Under the pieces are notes generated by a model. It was given only the letters and a program-made list of their open reading frames with translations. It was not told the origin of the DNA and made no database searches. From contig JAFODS010000001.1 in NCBI GenBank assembly GCA_017380575.1, positions 32,713-96,712 on the forward strand: a stretch of 64,000 nucleotides of DNA, written 5' to 3'. Below are positions 24,610 to 34,058 of the stretch, one piece after another. The position numbers were made by a program, and so were the translations under genes. Position 1 is the stretch's first letter. Each line of letters opens with the position of its first letter. Source of the stretch: Clostridia bacterium (GTDB taxonomy: Bacteria > Bacillota > Clostridia > Oscillospirales > Acutalibacteraceae).

Positions 24610-25074
24610 ATGAGTAAAACATTTAAAGGCCGTCCTGTCGTTGCAGGTAATATTAACAAGGGCGAAGCAGTAGTTTCTCACAACGGTGTTAACACTCTTG
24701 CAACTTTCCAGAAGACAGCTCTTCTTCACGATATCCCTGTTCTCGGTAAGGATTACGTTATCGGTTCTGACCAGAACAATCCCGATGTTTTCGGCAAAAA
24801 CCTTACAGGTAAGGTTCTCTGCCTTCCTCAGACAATCGGTTCAACAACAGGCGGTATGGTTATCTATACTGTTGCAGCTCTTAAGCTTGCTCCGAGCGCA
24901 ATGCTCTTCTCACAGCCGATCGACTCACTCGCAGCTGCAGGTGTTATTCTTGCAGACGTTTGGACAGACAACTCAATCGTTGCTGTTGACAGCCTCGGCG
25001 AAGATTTCCTTAACGCTGTTAAAGACGGCGATAAGATCACAATCAAGGAAGACGGTACAGTTATCGTTGACTAA
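24610..25074 (+). CDS. Aconitase X swivel-domain subunit (DUF126)
   Basis: 154 aa. GRPVVAGNINKGEAVVS...LCLPQTIGSTTGGMVI resembles the AcnX small subunit. GGGAGG RBS is present. Confidence 0.7.
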   Translation: MSKTFKGRPVVAGNINKGEAVVSHNGVNTLATFQKTALLHDIPVLGKDYVIGSDQNNPDVFGKNLTGKVLCLPQTIGSTTGGMVIYTVAALKLAPSAMLFSQPIDSLAAAGVILADVWTDNSIVAVDSLGEDFLNAVKDGDKITIKEDGTVIVD

Positions 25075-25085
25075 TTTTTAAATCT

Positions 25086-25116
25086 AAGGGGCTGGCGTTT
25101 CAGCCCCTTGTTTTTT
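25086..25116 (+). terminator. Rho-independent terminator
   Basis: aaggggctg / cagcccctt stem followed by GTTTTTT. Confidence 0.85.
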
Positions 25117-25129
25117 ATCAGGTGATAAA

Positions 25130-25762
25130 ATGAAAAAAGAAGTTATCAAGGAACCCGTTGATTGGTTCAGATATGAAAATGAAGCCAAGGCAGAGGGCTT
25201 CCGGATTGTCTGCGGAATTGACGAAGCAGGCAGGGGACCGCTCGCAGGTCCCGTATGTGCCGCCGCTGTTATCCTTCCCGAAGGATGCGTGATTGAAGGC
25301 GTTAACGATTCGAAAAAATTAACAGAGAAAAAACGCGAGGCTCTTTTTGATGTTATCAAAGAAAAGGCTCTTGCTTACAGTATAGCTGTTGCCGACGAGA
25401 AGGAGATTGACGAAATCAACATTCTTCAGGCAACTTATCTTGCAATGCGACGTGCGTTTGACGGGCTTGATATAAAGCCGGACATGGCACTCGTTGACGG
25501 AAACCGTGACCCCGGTCTTGGTGTTGCAACAAGAACAATTGTAAAAGGCGATGCGAATTCGATGTCTATTGCCGCGGCATCAATTCTTGCAAAGGTCACA
25601 AGGGACAGGTTTATGCTTGAGATGGACGAAAAATATCCCGAATATCAGTTCGCAAAGCATAAAGGCTACGGCACTAAGCTCCATTATGAAATGCTTACGG
25701 AGTACGGTGCTTCTGAAATCCACAGAAAAACCTTCTTAAAGAGCTTTTATGCAGATAAATAA
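25130..25762 (+). CDS. rnhB: Ribonuclease HII
   Basis: CGIDEAGRGPLAGPV, DSKKL and the overall RNase HII pattern. Confidence 0.9.
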   Translation: MKKEVIKEPVDWFRYENEAKAEGFRIVCGIDEAGRGPLAGPVCAAAVILPEGCVIEGVNDSKKLTEKKREALFDVIKEKALAYSIAVADEKEIDEINILQATYLAMRRAFDGLDIKPDMALVDGNRDPGLGVATRTIVKGDANSMSIAAASILAKVTRDRFMLEMDEKYPEYQFAKHKGYGTKLHYEMLTEYGASEIHRKTFLKSFYADK

Positions 25763-26108
25763 AGAGGGCGTTTCGGGTGAGCTTTTTGCGGCAAGACATA
25801 TGAGGGATAACGGATATATGCTCGTTTTTTCAAATTACCGTTGCCGTTTCGGTGAAATTGATATTATCGGCAAAAAGGACGGCTACATCTGTTTTGTCGA
25901 AGTTAAAACAAGAAGCGAAAATGCAATTTATGAGCCGAAAGAAGCCGTCGGTTCAGATAAGCAGGCAAGGATAATTGCCGCCGCACAGGCATTCAGTCAG
26001 GTTTATCCCTACACAGAACAGATGCGGTTTGACGTTTGCGAGGTTTTTCTTAACGAAAAAAGACAGGCGGTTAAAATCAATTATATCGAAAATGCATTCA
26101 ACGGTTGA
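25749..26108 (+). CDS. yraN: YraN-family (UPF0102) endonuclease
   Basis: GEIDIIGKKDGYICFVEVKTR. The position after rnhB is conserved. Confidence 0.85.
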   Translation: MQINKEGVSGELFAARHMRDNGYMLVFSNYRCRFGEIDIIGKKDGYICFVEVKTRSENAIYEPKEAVGSDKQARIIAAAQAFSQVYPYTEQMRFDVCEVFLNEKRQAVKINYIENAFNG

Positions 26109-26163
26109 GTATCTTGACAAGTTGTGATATAATATTTCGGATAAAAACAAATTTGAGGTTGCT

Positions 26164-26658
26164 ATGGATTTTTCTGAAAGAAAGCGGATACGCCTTGAAG
26201 ATTTTGATTACTCCCGGAACGGTGCATATTTTATAACACTTTGCACTCAGAACCGATTGAAAGTGTTATCTGAAATTGTGCCCGTAGGGGACGGGTCTCC
26301 CGTCCCGAAGCTTACATATTTCGGTAAGTTTATTCAGGGGTATACAGAAAAAATATCTGAAAAATATCCGATCGTAACCATCGATAAATATGTTATAATG
26401 CCTGACCATATTCACTTTTTGATTTCAATCGAAAATGATGGGACGGGAAACCCGTCCCCTACAACCAATACGGTAATTGCGTGGTTCAAATATCAAACGA
26501 CGAAAGAGATTAATCGGTACAGAAATACGGCAGGCAGAAAATTCTGGCAACGTTCGTTTTTTGATCATGTCGTCAGGAATAAACAGGATTTTGAAGATAT
26601 ATGGTACTACATTGATACTAATCCGCAAAGGTGGATTGAAAAATATAGTGGTAAGTAA
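26164..26658 (+). CDS. IS200-like Y1 (HUH) transposase of the REP-associated tyrosine transposase (RAYT) type
   Basis: The HUH motif is MPDHIHFLI and the C-terminal segment is YYIDTNPQRW, with a candidate catalytic Tyr. It is a single-gene unit with no flanking IS ends recognised. Confidence 0.7.
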   Translation: MDFSERKRIRLEDFDYSRNGAYFITLCTQNRLKVLSEIVPVGDGSPVPKLTYFGKFIQGYTEKISEKYPIVTIDKYVIMPDHIHFLISIENDGTGNPSPTTNTVIAWFKYQTTKEINRYRNTAGRKFWQRSFFDHVVRNKQDFEDIWYYIDTNPQRWIEKYSGK

Positions 26659-26681
26659 ATCACATTCAGAGGAGAATGAAT

Positions 26682-28172
26682 ATGTTATATACAAGCACTC
26701 GTGACAAGAGTATAAAAGTCAGCTCGTCGGAAGCTATTGCTCACGGTATTTCTGCCGAGGGCGGTCTTTTCGTGCCCGAGTCAATTCCGCAGATTTCAAT
26801 GGACGACATCGTCCGTATTTCCAAGCTCGACTATATCGGCAGAGCAAAGGAAATTCTTTCTCTTTATCTCACAGATTTTACTGCAGAGGAAATTGATTCC
26901 TGCGTAAGAGGAGCTTACGAAGAAGGCTTCTCAAGCGAAAAGGTTGCTCCGCTTCACACACTCACAAAGGGTACTGAAATCCTCGAGCTCTGGAAGGGAC
27001 CGACATGCGCATTCAAGGATATGGCGCTTCAGCTTCTTCCGCACCTTCTTACGGTTGCTTCTTCAAAGTCAACTCCCGATAAGGAAATTGTTATCCTCGT
27101 TGCAACATCAGGCGACACAGGTAAGGCTGCACTTGAAGGCTTCAAGGATGTTAAGAATACAAGAATTCTTGTGTTCTATCCCAACGACGGTGTAAGCCCG
27201 ATGCAGAAGCTTCAGATGACAACTCAGGAAGGCTCAAACGTCGGCGTATGTGCAATTGAAGGTAACTTTGACGATGCACAGTCAGGTGTTAAGAAGATTT
27301 TCACAGACAAGGCTGTTGCAGCAAAGCTCGAAGAAAAGGGAATGATGTTCTCTTCAGCTAACTCAATCAACTGGGGACGTCTTGTTCCGCAGATTGTTTA
27401 TTATGTTTCTGCTTATTGCGATATGCTCGAAAAGGGTGCAATCAATGCAGGCGACGAAATCAACGTTGTTGTTCCGACAGGTAACTTCGGTAACATCCTT
27501 GCTGCTTACTATGCAAAGGAAATGGGCGTGCCGATGAAGAAGCTCATCTGTGCTTCAAACGCAAACAACGTTCTTACAGATTTCCTCAAGACAGGTCATT
27601 ACAACCGCAAGAGAGATTTCTACACAACAATTTCTCCGTCAATGGATATCCTTATTTCATCAAACCTTGAAAGACTTCTTTTCCTTCTTTCAGGTATGGA
27701 TGACGCTCTTGTACGCGAGTGGATGGGTTCACTTTCAAACGACGGTGCTTATGACGTAAACGACGAAGTTTTTGCAAAGCTTCAGGAGCTCTTTGATGCA
27801 GGCTGCTGCGACGATGAGGGCACAAAGGCTTGCATCGCAAGAACTTTCGAAGAAAATTCATATCTTTGCGATACACACACAGCTGTTGCGGTTGCAGTTT
27901 ATGAGGATTACAAGGCTGTTACAGGTGACGAAACACCGACAGTTATCGCTTCAACGGCAAACCCGTTCAAGTTCGGCAAGGCTGTTCTTGATGCAGTCCG
28001 TCCGGGTATGAGCGAGGGTATGGACGAATTCGATATGGTTCTTGGCCTCAAGGTTGAAACAGGCGAAGATTGTCCTCCGCAGCTTGCAGACCTCAAGGGT
28101 AAAACACCAAGATTCACAGGCTGCTGCAAGAAGGAAGATATGGAGCAGGTTGTTTTCGATATGCTTAAATAA
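26682..28172 (+). CDS. thrC: Threonine synthase
   Basis: MLYTSTRDK start and the PLP-lysine motif CAFKDMALQ. GAGGAG lies 7 nt before the ATG at 26682. Confidence 0.9.
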   Translation: MLYTSTRDKSIKVSSSEAIAHGISAEGGLFVPESIPQISMDDIVRISKLDYIGRAKEILSLYLTDFTAEEIDSCVRGAYEEGFSSEKVAPLHTLTKGTEILELWKGPTCAFKDMALQLLPHLLTVASSKSTPDKEIVILVATSGDTGKAALEGFKDVKNTRILVFYPNDGVSPMQKLQMTTQEGSNVGVCAIEGNFDDAQSGVKKIFTDKAVAAKLEEKGMMFSSANSINWGRLVPQIVYYVSAYCDMLEKGAINAGDEINVVVPTGNFGNILAAYYAKEMGVPMKKLICASNANNVLTDFLKTGHYNRKRDFYTTISPSMDILISSNLERLLFLLSGMDDALVREWMGSLSNDGAYDVNDEVFAKLQELFDAGCCDDEGTKACIARTFEENSYLCDTHTAVAVAVYEDYKAVTGDETPTVIASTANPFKFGKAVLDAVRPGMSEGMDEFDMVLGLKVETGEDCPPQLADLKGKTPRFTGCCKKEDMEQVVFDMLK

Positions 28173-28176
28173 AAAC

Positions 28177-28208
28177 AAAGGCGTACTTCTGAAGTACGCC
28201 TTTATTTT
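28177..28208. terminator. Bidirectional hairpin terminator
   Basis: aaaggcgtacttc / gaagtacgccttt followed by ATTTT. Confidence 0.8.
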
Positions 28209-28215
28209 GAAACAA

Positions 28216-28383
28216 TTACTTGCTCACGTTGCTGTTCGGCTCAAATGTTGCACAGATTGTTTCTGCACAGGTGCATGCGCTTGAAGGACCGACTTCGATA
28301 TGACCTGCAACACACTTGCAGCCGTCTTCGTTGTAAACGCAGTTGTGAGCATTACACTTGATTTCTTTGATTTCCTTTTTCAT
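28216..28383 (-). CDS. Small cysteine-rich protein (DUF1540-like), 55 aa
   Basis: MKKEIKEIKCNAHNCVYNEDGCKCVAGHIEVGPSSACTCAETICATFEPNSNVSK. AAGGAG RBS is present. It is below the ORF-track cutoff. Confidence 0.6.
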   Translation of the reverse strand: MKKEIKEIKCNAHNCVYNEDGCKCVAGHIEVGPSSACTCAETICATFEPNSNVSK

Positions 28384-28479
28384 AAATCATTTACTCCTTG
28401 AGTTTTTTTGAGTGACAAAACGTCACATTGTTATTATTCTTTTTAATTTTTTGAATATACTGAAAAGAGGTGAAAAACT

Positions 28480-29172
28480 TTGTCCTTGTTTGCGATTGCT
28501 GATACACATCTTTCCTTTTCCTGTGACAAGCCGATGGATATTTTCCGCGGTTGGCAGAATTTTGAAAAAAGACTCGAAAAAAACTGGAATTCCGTTGTCG
28601 GTGAGGACGATTTTGTTATCATTCCCGGTGATGTTTCGTGGGGAATGAATATGGACGAAACGCTTGAAGATTTCCGTTTTCTTGATTCGCTCAACGGAAC
28701 GAAAATCATAATGAAGGGTAACCACGATTACTGGTGGTCAACAAAAAGCAAGACGGAAAAGTTTTTTGCCGGGAACGATATAAAAACAGTAAAAGTGCTT
28801 TTCAATAACGCTTACAGAATGGGTGATTACACCGTCTGCGGCACAAGAGGCTGGTTTTTTGACTGCGAAAAAAAGGAAGATGAAAAAGTTCTTCTTCGAG
28901 AAGCGGGCAGGCTTAAAATGTCGCTCGAAGAAGCCGCAAAGCTTGGCGGTGAGCCGATAATTTTCCTGCACTATCCGCCCGTAAGTATGACACAGACCTG
29001 TCAGGAGATTTACGATATCGTTGTTTCATCGCCTGCGAAGCGCTGTTATTACGGTCATCTTCACGGACATTCGGTCAACTGGGCTTTCAGGGGAGAGCGT
29101 GACGGAGTTGATTTTGACCTTGTGTCCGCGGATTTTCTTGAATTTTGTCCCAAATTAATTGCAAAATTTTGA
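28480..29172 (+). CDS. Metallophosphoesterase
   Basis: The motifs are FAIADTHL, GDVSWG and GNHDYWW. TTG start with a GAGGTGA RBS. Confidence 0.75.
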   Translation: MSLFAIADTHLSFSCDKPMDIFRGWQNFEKRLEKNWNSVVGEDDFVIIPGDVSWGMNMDETLEDFRFLDSLNGTKIIMKGNHDYWWSTKSKTEKFFAGNDIKTVKVLFNNAYRMGDYTVCGTRGWFFDCEKKEDEKVLLREAGRLKMSLEEAAKLGGEPIIFLHYPPVSMTQTCQEIYDIVVSSPAKRCYYGHLHGHSVNWAFRGERDGVDFDLVSADFLEFCPKLIAKF

Positions 29173-29297
29173 TAAAAAGTCAAAAATATATAAAAAAGGT
29201 ATGGAAATCCAAATAACTATCTGTTATAATAATCGGGTTAATAGGTATTTGTGGGAGTATCGCTCACAGCGTAATGCCAAACAGGAGGAAGTTTTTA

Positions 29298-30641
29298 ATG
29301 TTAAAATCAGCTAACAAAACAGAAACAAACATTTACACACTTGAAGTTGCGGTAAGCGCAGAGGACTTTAAGGCTGCAATTCTTAAGGCTTACAACAAGC
29401 AGAAGAATAAGATTCAGCTTCCCGGCTTCCGTAAGGGCAAGGCACCTCTTGCAATGATTGAAAAGTTCTACGGCAAAGAGGTATTTTACGAGGATGCACT
29501 TGATATAGTATATCCCGAAACAGTAGGCGCAGCTATCGAAGAAGCAGGCATCAATCCTGTTGCACCTCCGCACGACGTTGAGGTTACTAAGATGGACGAA
29601 ACAGGCGTTGAAATGACACTTAAAATCACAGTTATGCCTGAAATCACAATCGACGGCTATAAGGGCATCGAAGCAAACAAGGGCGACGCTTCTGTTACTG
29701 CAGACGACGTTAAGAAAGAGCTTGCTTCAATGCAGGAAAGAAATTCTCGCACAATCACAGTTGAGGATGCAAGAAAGGCAAAGAAGAACGACATCGCAGT
29801 TATCGATTTCGAAGGCTTTGTTGACGGCGTAGCATTTGACGGCGGCAAGGGCGAAAACTTTGACCTTACACTCGGCTCAGGCCAGTTCATCCCCGGCTTT
29901 GAAGATCAGGTTATCGGCAAGAAGGCAGGCGAGGAATTTGACGTTAACGTTACATTCCCCACAGAGTACGCTCCCGAGCTTGCAGGTAAGGATGCTACAT
30001 TCAAGGTTAAAATCCACGAGCTCAAGGTTAAGGAGCTTCCCGCACTTGATGATGAGTTTGCAAAGGACGTAAGCGAATTCGATACACTCGCTGAGCTTAA
30101 GAAGAGCATCAAGGCTGACCTTGTAAAGACAAAGACAGAGCAGATCGACAGAGAGTTCGAAAGCGCAGTTCTTGAAAAGGTTGTTGAACTTGTTGAAGGT
30201 GAAATTCCTGAAGTTATGTACGACAACAAGCTTGAGGACGACGTTAAGGAATATGAGCAGAGACTTGCACAGCAGGGCATCGGCCTTGATATGTACCTTC
30301 AGTATATGGGTATGGACAAGGATGCTTTCAAAGAGAGCATGAGAGCTAACGCTGTTAAGCAGGTTAAGCTTCAGCTTGCTATCGATAAGATTGCAGAGCT
30401 TGAGAAGATTGAAGCTACAGATGATGACGCTGAAGCAAAGATCAAGGAAATGGCTGATATGTATCAGATGGAAGCTGAGCAGATCAAGAAGTTCATCCGT
30501 ATCGAAGACGTTAAGAAGGACGTTGTAGGTCAGAAGACAGTTGACTTCCTTGTATCAAAGGCAAAGGCAATCGTAGCAGAGAAGCCGAAGAAGGCTCCCG
30601 CAAAGAAGGCTGCAAAGAAGACAGAAGAAGCAGCTGAATAA
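29298..30641 (+). CDS. tig: Trigger factor
   Basis: GFRKGKAPL ribosome-binding motif, an FKBP-type middle domain, and a position upstream of clpP-clpX. AGGAGG RBS is present. Confidence 0.9.
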   Translation: MLKSANKTETNIYTLEVAVSAEDFKAAILKAYNKQKNKIQLPGFRKGKAPLAMIEKFYGKEVFYEDALDIVYPETVGAAIEEAGINPVAPPHDVEVTKMDETGVEMTLKITVMPEITIDGYKGIEANKGDASVTADDVKKELASMQERNSRTITVEDARKAKKNDIAVIDFEGFVDGVAFDGGKGENFDLTLGSGQFIPGFEDQVIGKKAGEEFDVNVTFPTEYAPELAGKDATFKVKIHELKVKELPALDDEFAKDVSEFDTLAELKKSIKADLVKTKTEQIDREFESAVLEKVVELVEGEIPEVMYDNKLEDDVKEYEQRLAQQGIGLDMYLQYMGMDKDAFKESMRANAVKQVKLQLAIDKIAELEKIEATDDDAEAKIKEMADMYQMEAEQIKKFIRIEDVKKDVVGQKTVDFLVSKAKAIVAEKPKKAPAKKAAKKTEEAAE

Positions 30642-30735
30642 TCAGACGTTTAATTGTCAATATTAATGCAAATGGATGGCTTTTGCCATTCATTTGCCAT
30701 TCTTGAAACTATTTTTTGAAACGGAGGATACAAAT

Positions 30736-31317
30736 ATGGCTTTAGTACCTTATGTTATTGAACAGACCAACAGAGGTGAAAGACAGTACGATATTTTTTC
30801 AAGACTTCTCAACGACAGAATTATCGTTCTTTCAGATGAGGTTAACGATGCAACTGCAAGCCTTGTTGTTGCACAGATGCTTTTCCTTGAAGGTCAGGAC
30901 CCTGATAAGGACATCAGCCTTTACATCAACAGCCCCGGCGGCTCCGTAACTGCAGGTATGGCGATTTACGACACAATGCAGTACATCAAATGTGATGTTT
31001 CAACAATTTGTATGGGTATGGCTGCATCAATGGGTGCATTCCTTCTCTCATCAGGTGCAAAGGGCAAGAGATTCGCTCTTCCCAACAGCGAAATTATGAT
31101 TCACCAGCCGCTCGGCGGTGCAAGAGGTCAGGCAACTGAAATCAAAATTGTTGCTGACCACATTCTTAAGACAAGAGAAAAGCTCAACAAAATCCTTGCT
31201 GAAAACACAGGCAAGAGCATTGAGCAGATTGCTCTTGACACAGAAAGAGACAATTACCTTTCAGCTCAGGAGGCTATGGATTACGGCCTTGTTGATAAGG
31301 TTCTCTACAAAAGATAA
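30736..31317 (+). CDS. clpP: ATP-dependent Clp protease proteolytic subunit
   Basis: The active-site context is GMAASMGAF and IMIHQPLGG. Confidence 0.95.
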   Translation: MALVPYVIEQTNRGERQYDIFSRLLNDRIIVLSDEVNDATASLVVAQMLFLEGQDPDKDISLYINSPGGSVTAGMAIYDTMQYIKCDVSTICMGMAASMGAFLLSSGAKGKRFALPNSEIMIHQPLGGARGQATEIKIVADHILKTREKLNKILAENTGKSIEQIALDTERDNYLSAQEAMDYGLVDKVLYKR

Positions 31318-31332
31318 ATCAGAGGTGTAACG

Positions 31333-32592
31333 ATGCCGAGAGATGACGAAAGACGCGAAAAAAATGTCCGCTGTTCCTTCTGCCACAAAACTCAGGCTCA
31401 GGTCGACAGAATAATTGCCGGTGACGGTGTTTACATCTGTAACGAATGTGTTGAGCTTTGTCAGGCTATTATTGAAGAGGAAACAGCAGGACGTAATTCC
31501 CGCAAAAAGAAGCAGAAGGATATTGTTCTTCCTTCTCCGATGGAAATTAAAAAAGGTCTTGACGAATATGTCATCGGTCAGGATGAGGCTAAGGTCGCTT
31601 TGAGCGTTGCCGTTTATAACCATTATAAACGTGTGTTCAAGGCTTCTGAAACTGATGTCGAAATCCAGAAGAGTAACATTCTTCTTCTTGGCCCTACGGG
31701 TGTCGGCAAGACGATGCTTGCACAGACTCTTGCAAAAATCCTCAACGTTCCTTTTGCAATTGCGGATGCAACAACGCTTACTGAAGCAGGTTACGTTGGC
31801 GAAGACGTTGAAAACATTCTTCTCCGTCTTATTCAGGCTGCCGATTTCGATATTGAAAAGGCAGAGCAGGGTATTATCTACGTTGATGAAATCGATAAGA
31901 TTGCACGTAAGTCTGAAAATCCGTCAATCACCCGCGACGTAAGCGGTGAGGGTGTTCAGCAGGCACTTCTCAAGATTATTGAAGGAACTGTTGCGAATGT
32001 TCCTCCCCAGGGTGGAAGAAAGCATCCTCAGCAGGAATGCATTCAGGTCAACACTTCAAATATTCTTTTCATCTGCGGCGGAGCATTTGACGGAATTGAA
32101 AAAACGGTTGAAAAGCGAATCGGCGGTTCAGCACTCGGTTTCGGTGCGGACGTAAAGAGCAAAGAAGAGTTTTCAATCGAAAACGCAGTTTCAAAGGTTA
32201 TTCCGCAGGATATCACAAAGTTCGGTCTTATCCCCGAGCTTGTCGGCAGACTTCCGGTTATAACAACTCTTAAGGAGCTTGATGAGCAAGCACTTGTCAA
32301 GATTCTTACAGAGCCGAAGAACGCAATAGTGAAGCAGTATCAGTCACTTCTTGAAATGGACGGCGTAAAGCTTGAGTTCACTCCCGAAGCACTTACTGCA
32401 ATTGCGAAAAAGACACTCGAAAGAAAAACGGGTGCCCGCGGTCTTCGTGCAGTTATGGAAACCCTCCTTATGCCGATTATGTACGCTGTGCCGAGCGACA
32501 AAACAATCGTCAGCGTTCAGATAACAGAAAACTGTGTCAACGAAAACGAAGCTCCGTTGGTTGAACACAAAGGCAAAAAGAAAGAAGCATAA
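31333..32592 (+). CDS. clpX: ATP-dependent Clp protease ATP-binding subunit ClpX
   Basis: The N-terminal zinc finger is CSFCHK...CNEC, Walker A is GPTGVGKT, and IYVDEIDK is present. Confidence 0.95.
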   Translation: MPRDDERREKNVRCSFCHKTQAQVDRIIAGDGVYICNECVELCQAIIEEETAGRNSRKKKQKDIVLPSPMEIKKGLDEYVIGQDEAKVALSVAVYNHYKRVFKASETDVEIQKSNILLLGPTGVGKTMLAQTLAKILNVPFAIADATTLTEAGYVGEDVENILLRLIQAADFDIEKAEQGIIYVDEIDKIARKSENPSITRDVSGEGVQQALLKIIEGTVANVPPQGGRKHPQQECIQVNTSNILFICGGAFDGIEKTVEKRIGGSALGFGADVKSKEEFSIENAVSKVIPQDITKFGLIPELVGRLPVITTLKELDEQALVKILTEPKNAIVKQYQSLLEMDGVKLEFTPEALTAIAKKTLERKTGARGLRAVMETLLMPIMYAVPSDKTIVSVQITENCVNENEAPLVEHKGKKKEA

Positions 32593-32596
32593 AATA

Positions 32597-32636
32597 AAGC
32601 AGTAACTTTCACACGAGAGTTACTGCTTAGTTTTTA
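32597..32636 (+). terminator. Rho-independent terminator after clpX
   Basis: An 11-bp stem (aagcagtaact / agttactgctt) followed by AGTTTTT. Confidence 0.8.
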
Positions 32637-32723
32637 TAAGATTGCAATTTAAACAAAAGCGAGTTTGTTGAAAAATTTAAAGATAAAGCGATAGAAATCC
32701 GAAAAGGAAATCTATCGCTTTAA

Positions 32724-33770
32724 TTATTCTTCAACTGAAACTGCGAAGACGGTTGTTGATTTGAATTCTTCGCCTGCTTTGAATGTGCAGGTCGGGAAAT
32801 CCGGCTGATTCGGAGAATCGGGATAGAACTGTGTTTCAAGGCAGAAGCCTGCGTGCTTGACAATCGGCATTCCGCCCTTGCCGATAACCGTACCGTCAAG
32901 GAAGTTTCCTGTGTAAAGCTGAACGCCCGGGAGGTCTGTGTACATCTTAAGAACTCTGCCGCTTACAGCTTCTTTTACCGTTACGTCAGCCTCGCCGTCC
33001 TTATGGCAAAGGCAGAAGTTGTGGTCATAGCCTCTTGCAAGAGTGAGCTGTTCGTCGTTATCGTAAATTCTCTTTCCGATTGTACAGGGTGTGTTGAAGT
33101 CAAATGCTGTTCCTTCAACCGCTCTGATTTCGCCTGTCGGGATTGAGTCGGCATCAATCGGAGTGTAGTGAGAAGCGTTCATCTGCATCTCGTGGTCAAG
33201 CACGTCACTCATTGCAGAACCGTTAAGGTTAAAATAAACGTGGTTTGTGAAGTTCATTACGGTATCCTTATCGCAAACAGCTGAGTAATCAATAACAACC
33301 TTGCTGTCCTCTGTAAGAGTGTACTTCACCTTTGCTGTGAGGTTGCCCTCGAAACCACTTGTTCCGTCGGGGCTTGTGTATGAAAACTCAACTGCATTGT
33401 CGTCAACGATGATTGCGTTCCACACTGCATCTGAAAATTCGCCTGCGCTGTGAAGGCAGGTTTTGTCCTTCTCGTTCTGAGTAAGCTGATAAGTCTTGCC
33501 GTTCAAAGAAAATCTGCCGTTACAGATTCGGTTTGCATATCTGCCGACAACCTTGCCCTGATAATCTGTAAAATTAAGATGACCGTAAAGGCTGTCAAAT
33601 CCGATTGTGATATCGTTCACTCTGCCGTACTTGTCGGGAGTGTAGAGTGACTGAAGAGTTGCACCAAGGTTGATAAGCTGAAGAGTCACGTCTTCGTTAT
33701 TTGAAATTGAATAAAGCTTTACCTCTTTGCCGTCGGGCATAAAGCCGTAATGTGAAACATTGATTGCCAT
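32724..33770 (-). CDS. galM: Aldose 1-epimerase (galactose mutarotase)
   Basis: Family-like motifs are GRYANRI, NHVYFNL and GFCLETQ. The true start is the ATG at 33768-33770 with a GGAGG RBS. The 458-aa ORF in the track is an upstream read-through artefact. Confidence 0.85.
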   Translation of the reverse strand: MAINVSHYGFMPDGKEVKLYSISNNEDVTLQLINLGATLQSLYTPDKYGRVNDITIGFDSLYGHLNFTDYQGKVVGRYANRICNGRFSLNGKTYQLTQNEKDKTCLHSAGEFSDAVWNAIIVDDNAVEFSYTSPDGTSGFEGNLTAKVKYTLTEDSKVVIDYSAVCDKDTVMNFTNHVYFNLNGSAMSDVLDHEMQMNASHYTPIDADSIPTGEIRAVEGTAFDFNTPCTIGKRIYDNDEQLTLARGYDHNFCLCHKDGEADVTVKEAVSGRVLKMYTDLPGVQLYTGNFLDGTVIGKGGMPIVKHAGFCLETQFYPDSPNQPDFPTCTFKAGEEFKSTTVFAVSVEE

Positions 33771-33781
33771 AGAAATCCTCC

Positions 33782-34058
33782 GTAGGGTGGCGGTAATAAT
33801 CCGAACTTGTTTTTTATCGAATGATTTCCGCCATTTATTTGTTAAAATACTCGCCAATCCGCAAGGATGGGCTGTGTTTTGCCTTGAACTGCCAAAAATC
33901 CTCTCGATAAAAAATCTTCGACCCGAAGGCTGAGGATTTTCAGATGATTTTTGGCTGTTGAGGGTGCCGACAGGCTGACGCCTTTCAAAGCCGAAACACC
34001 GAAAAGCGCTGAAAAGAATTGCTTTCGGGCAGGTTCGGATTATTACCGTTACCCTTAC
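33782..34058. repeat. 277-bp foldback (MITE-like) element with about 25-bp imperfect terminal inverted repeats
   Basis: The left arm gtagggtggcggtaataatccgaac pairs with the right arm gttcggattattaccgttacccttac. Internal arms also pair (gccaaaaatc / gatttttggc, aaaatcctc / gaggatttt). Confidence 0.6.

Noticed and set aside
30642-30735. A CtsR operator (tandem GGTCAAA heptads) was sought upstream of clpP.
   Set aside because: Only a loose TTGTCAATATTAATGCAAA resemblance and a small hairpin are present. There is no tandem heptad repeat, so no call was made.
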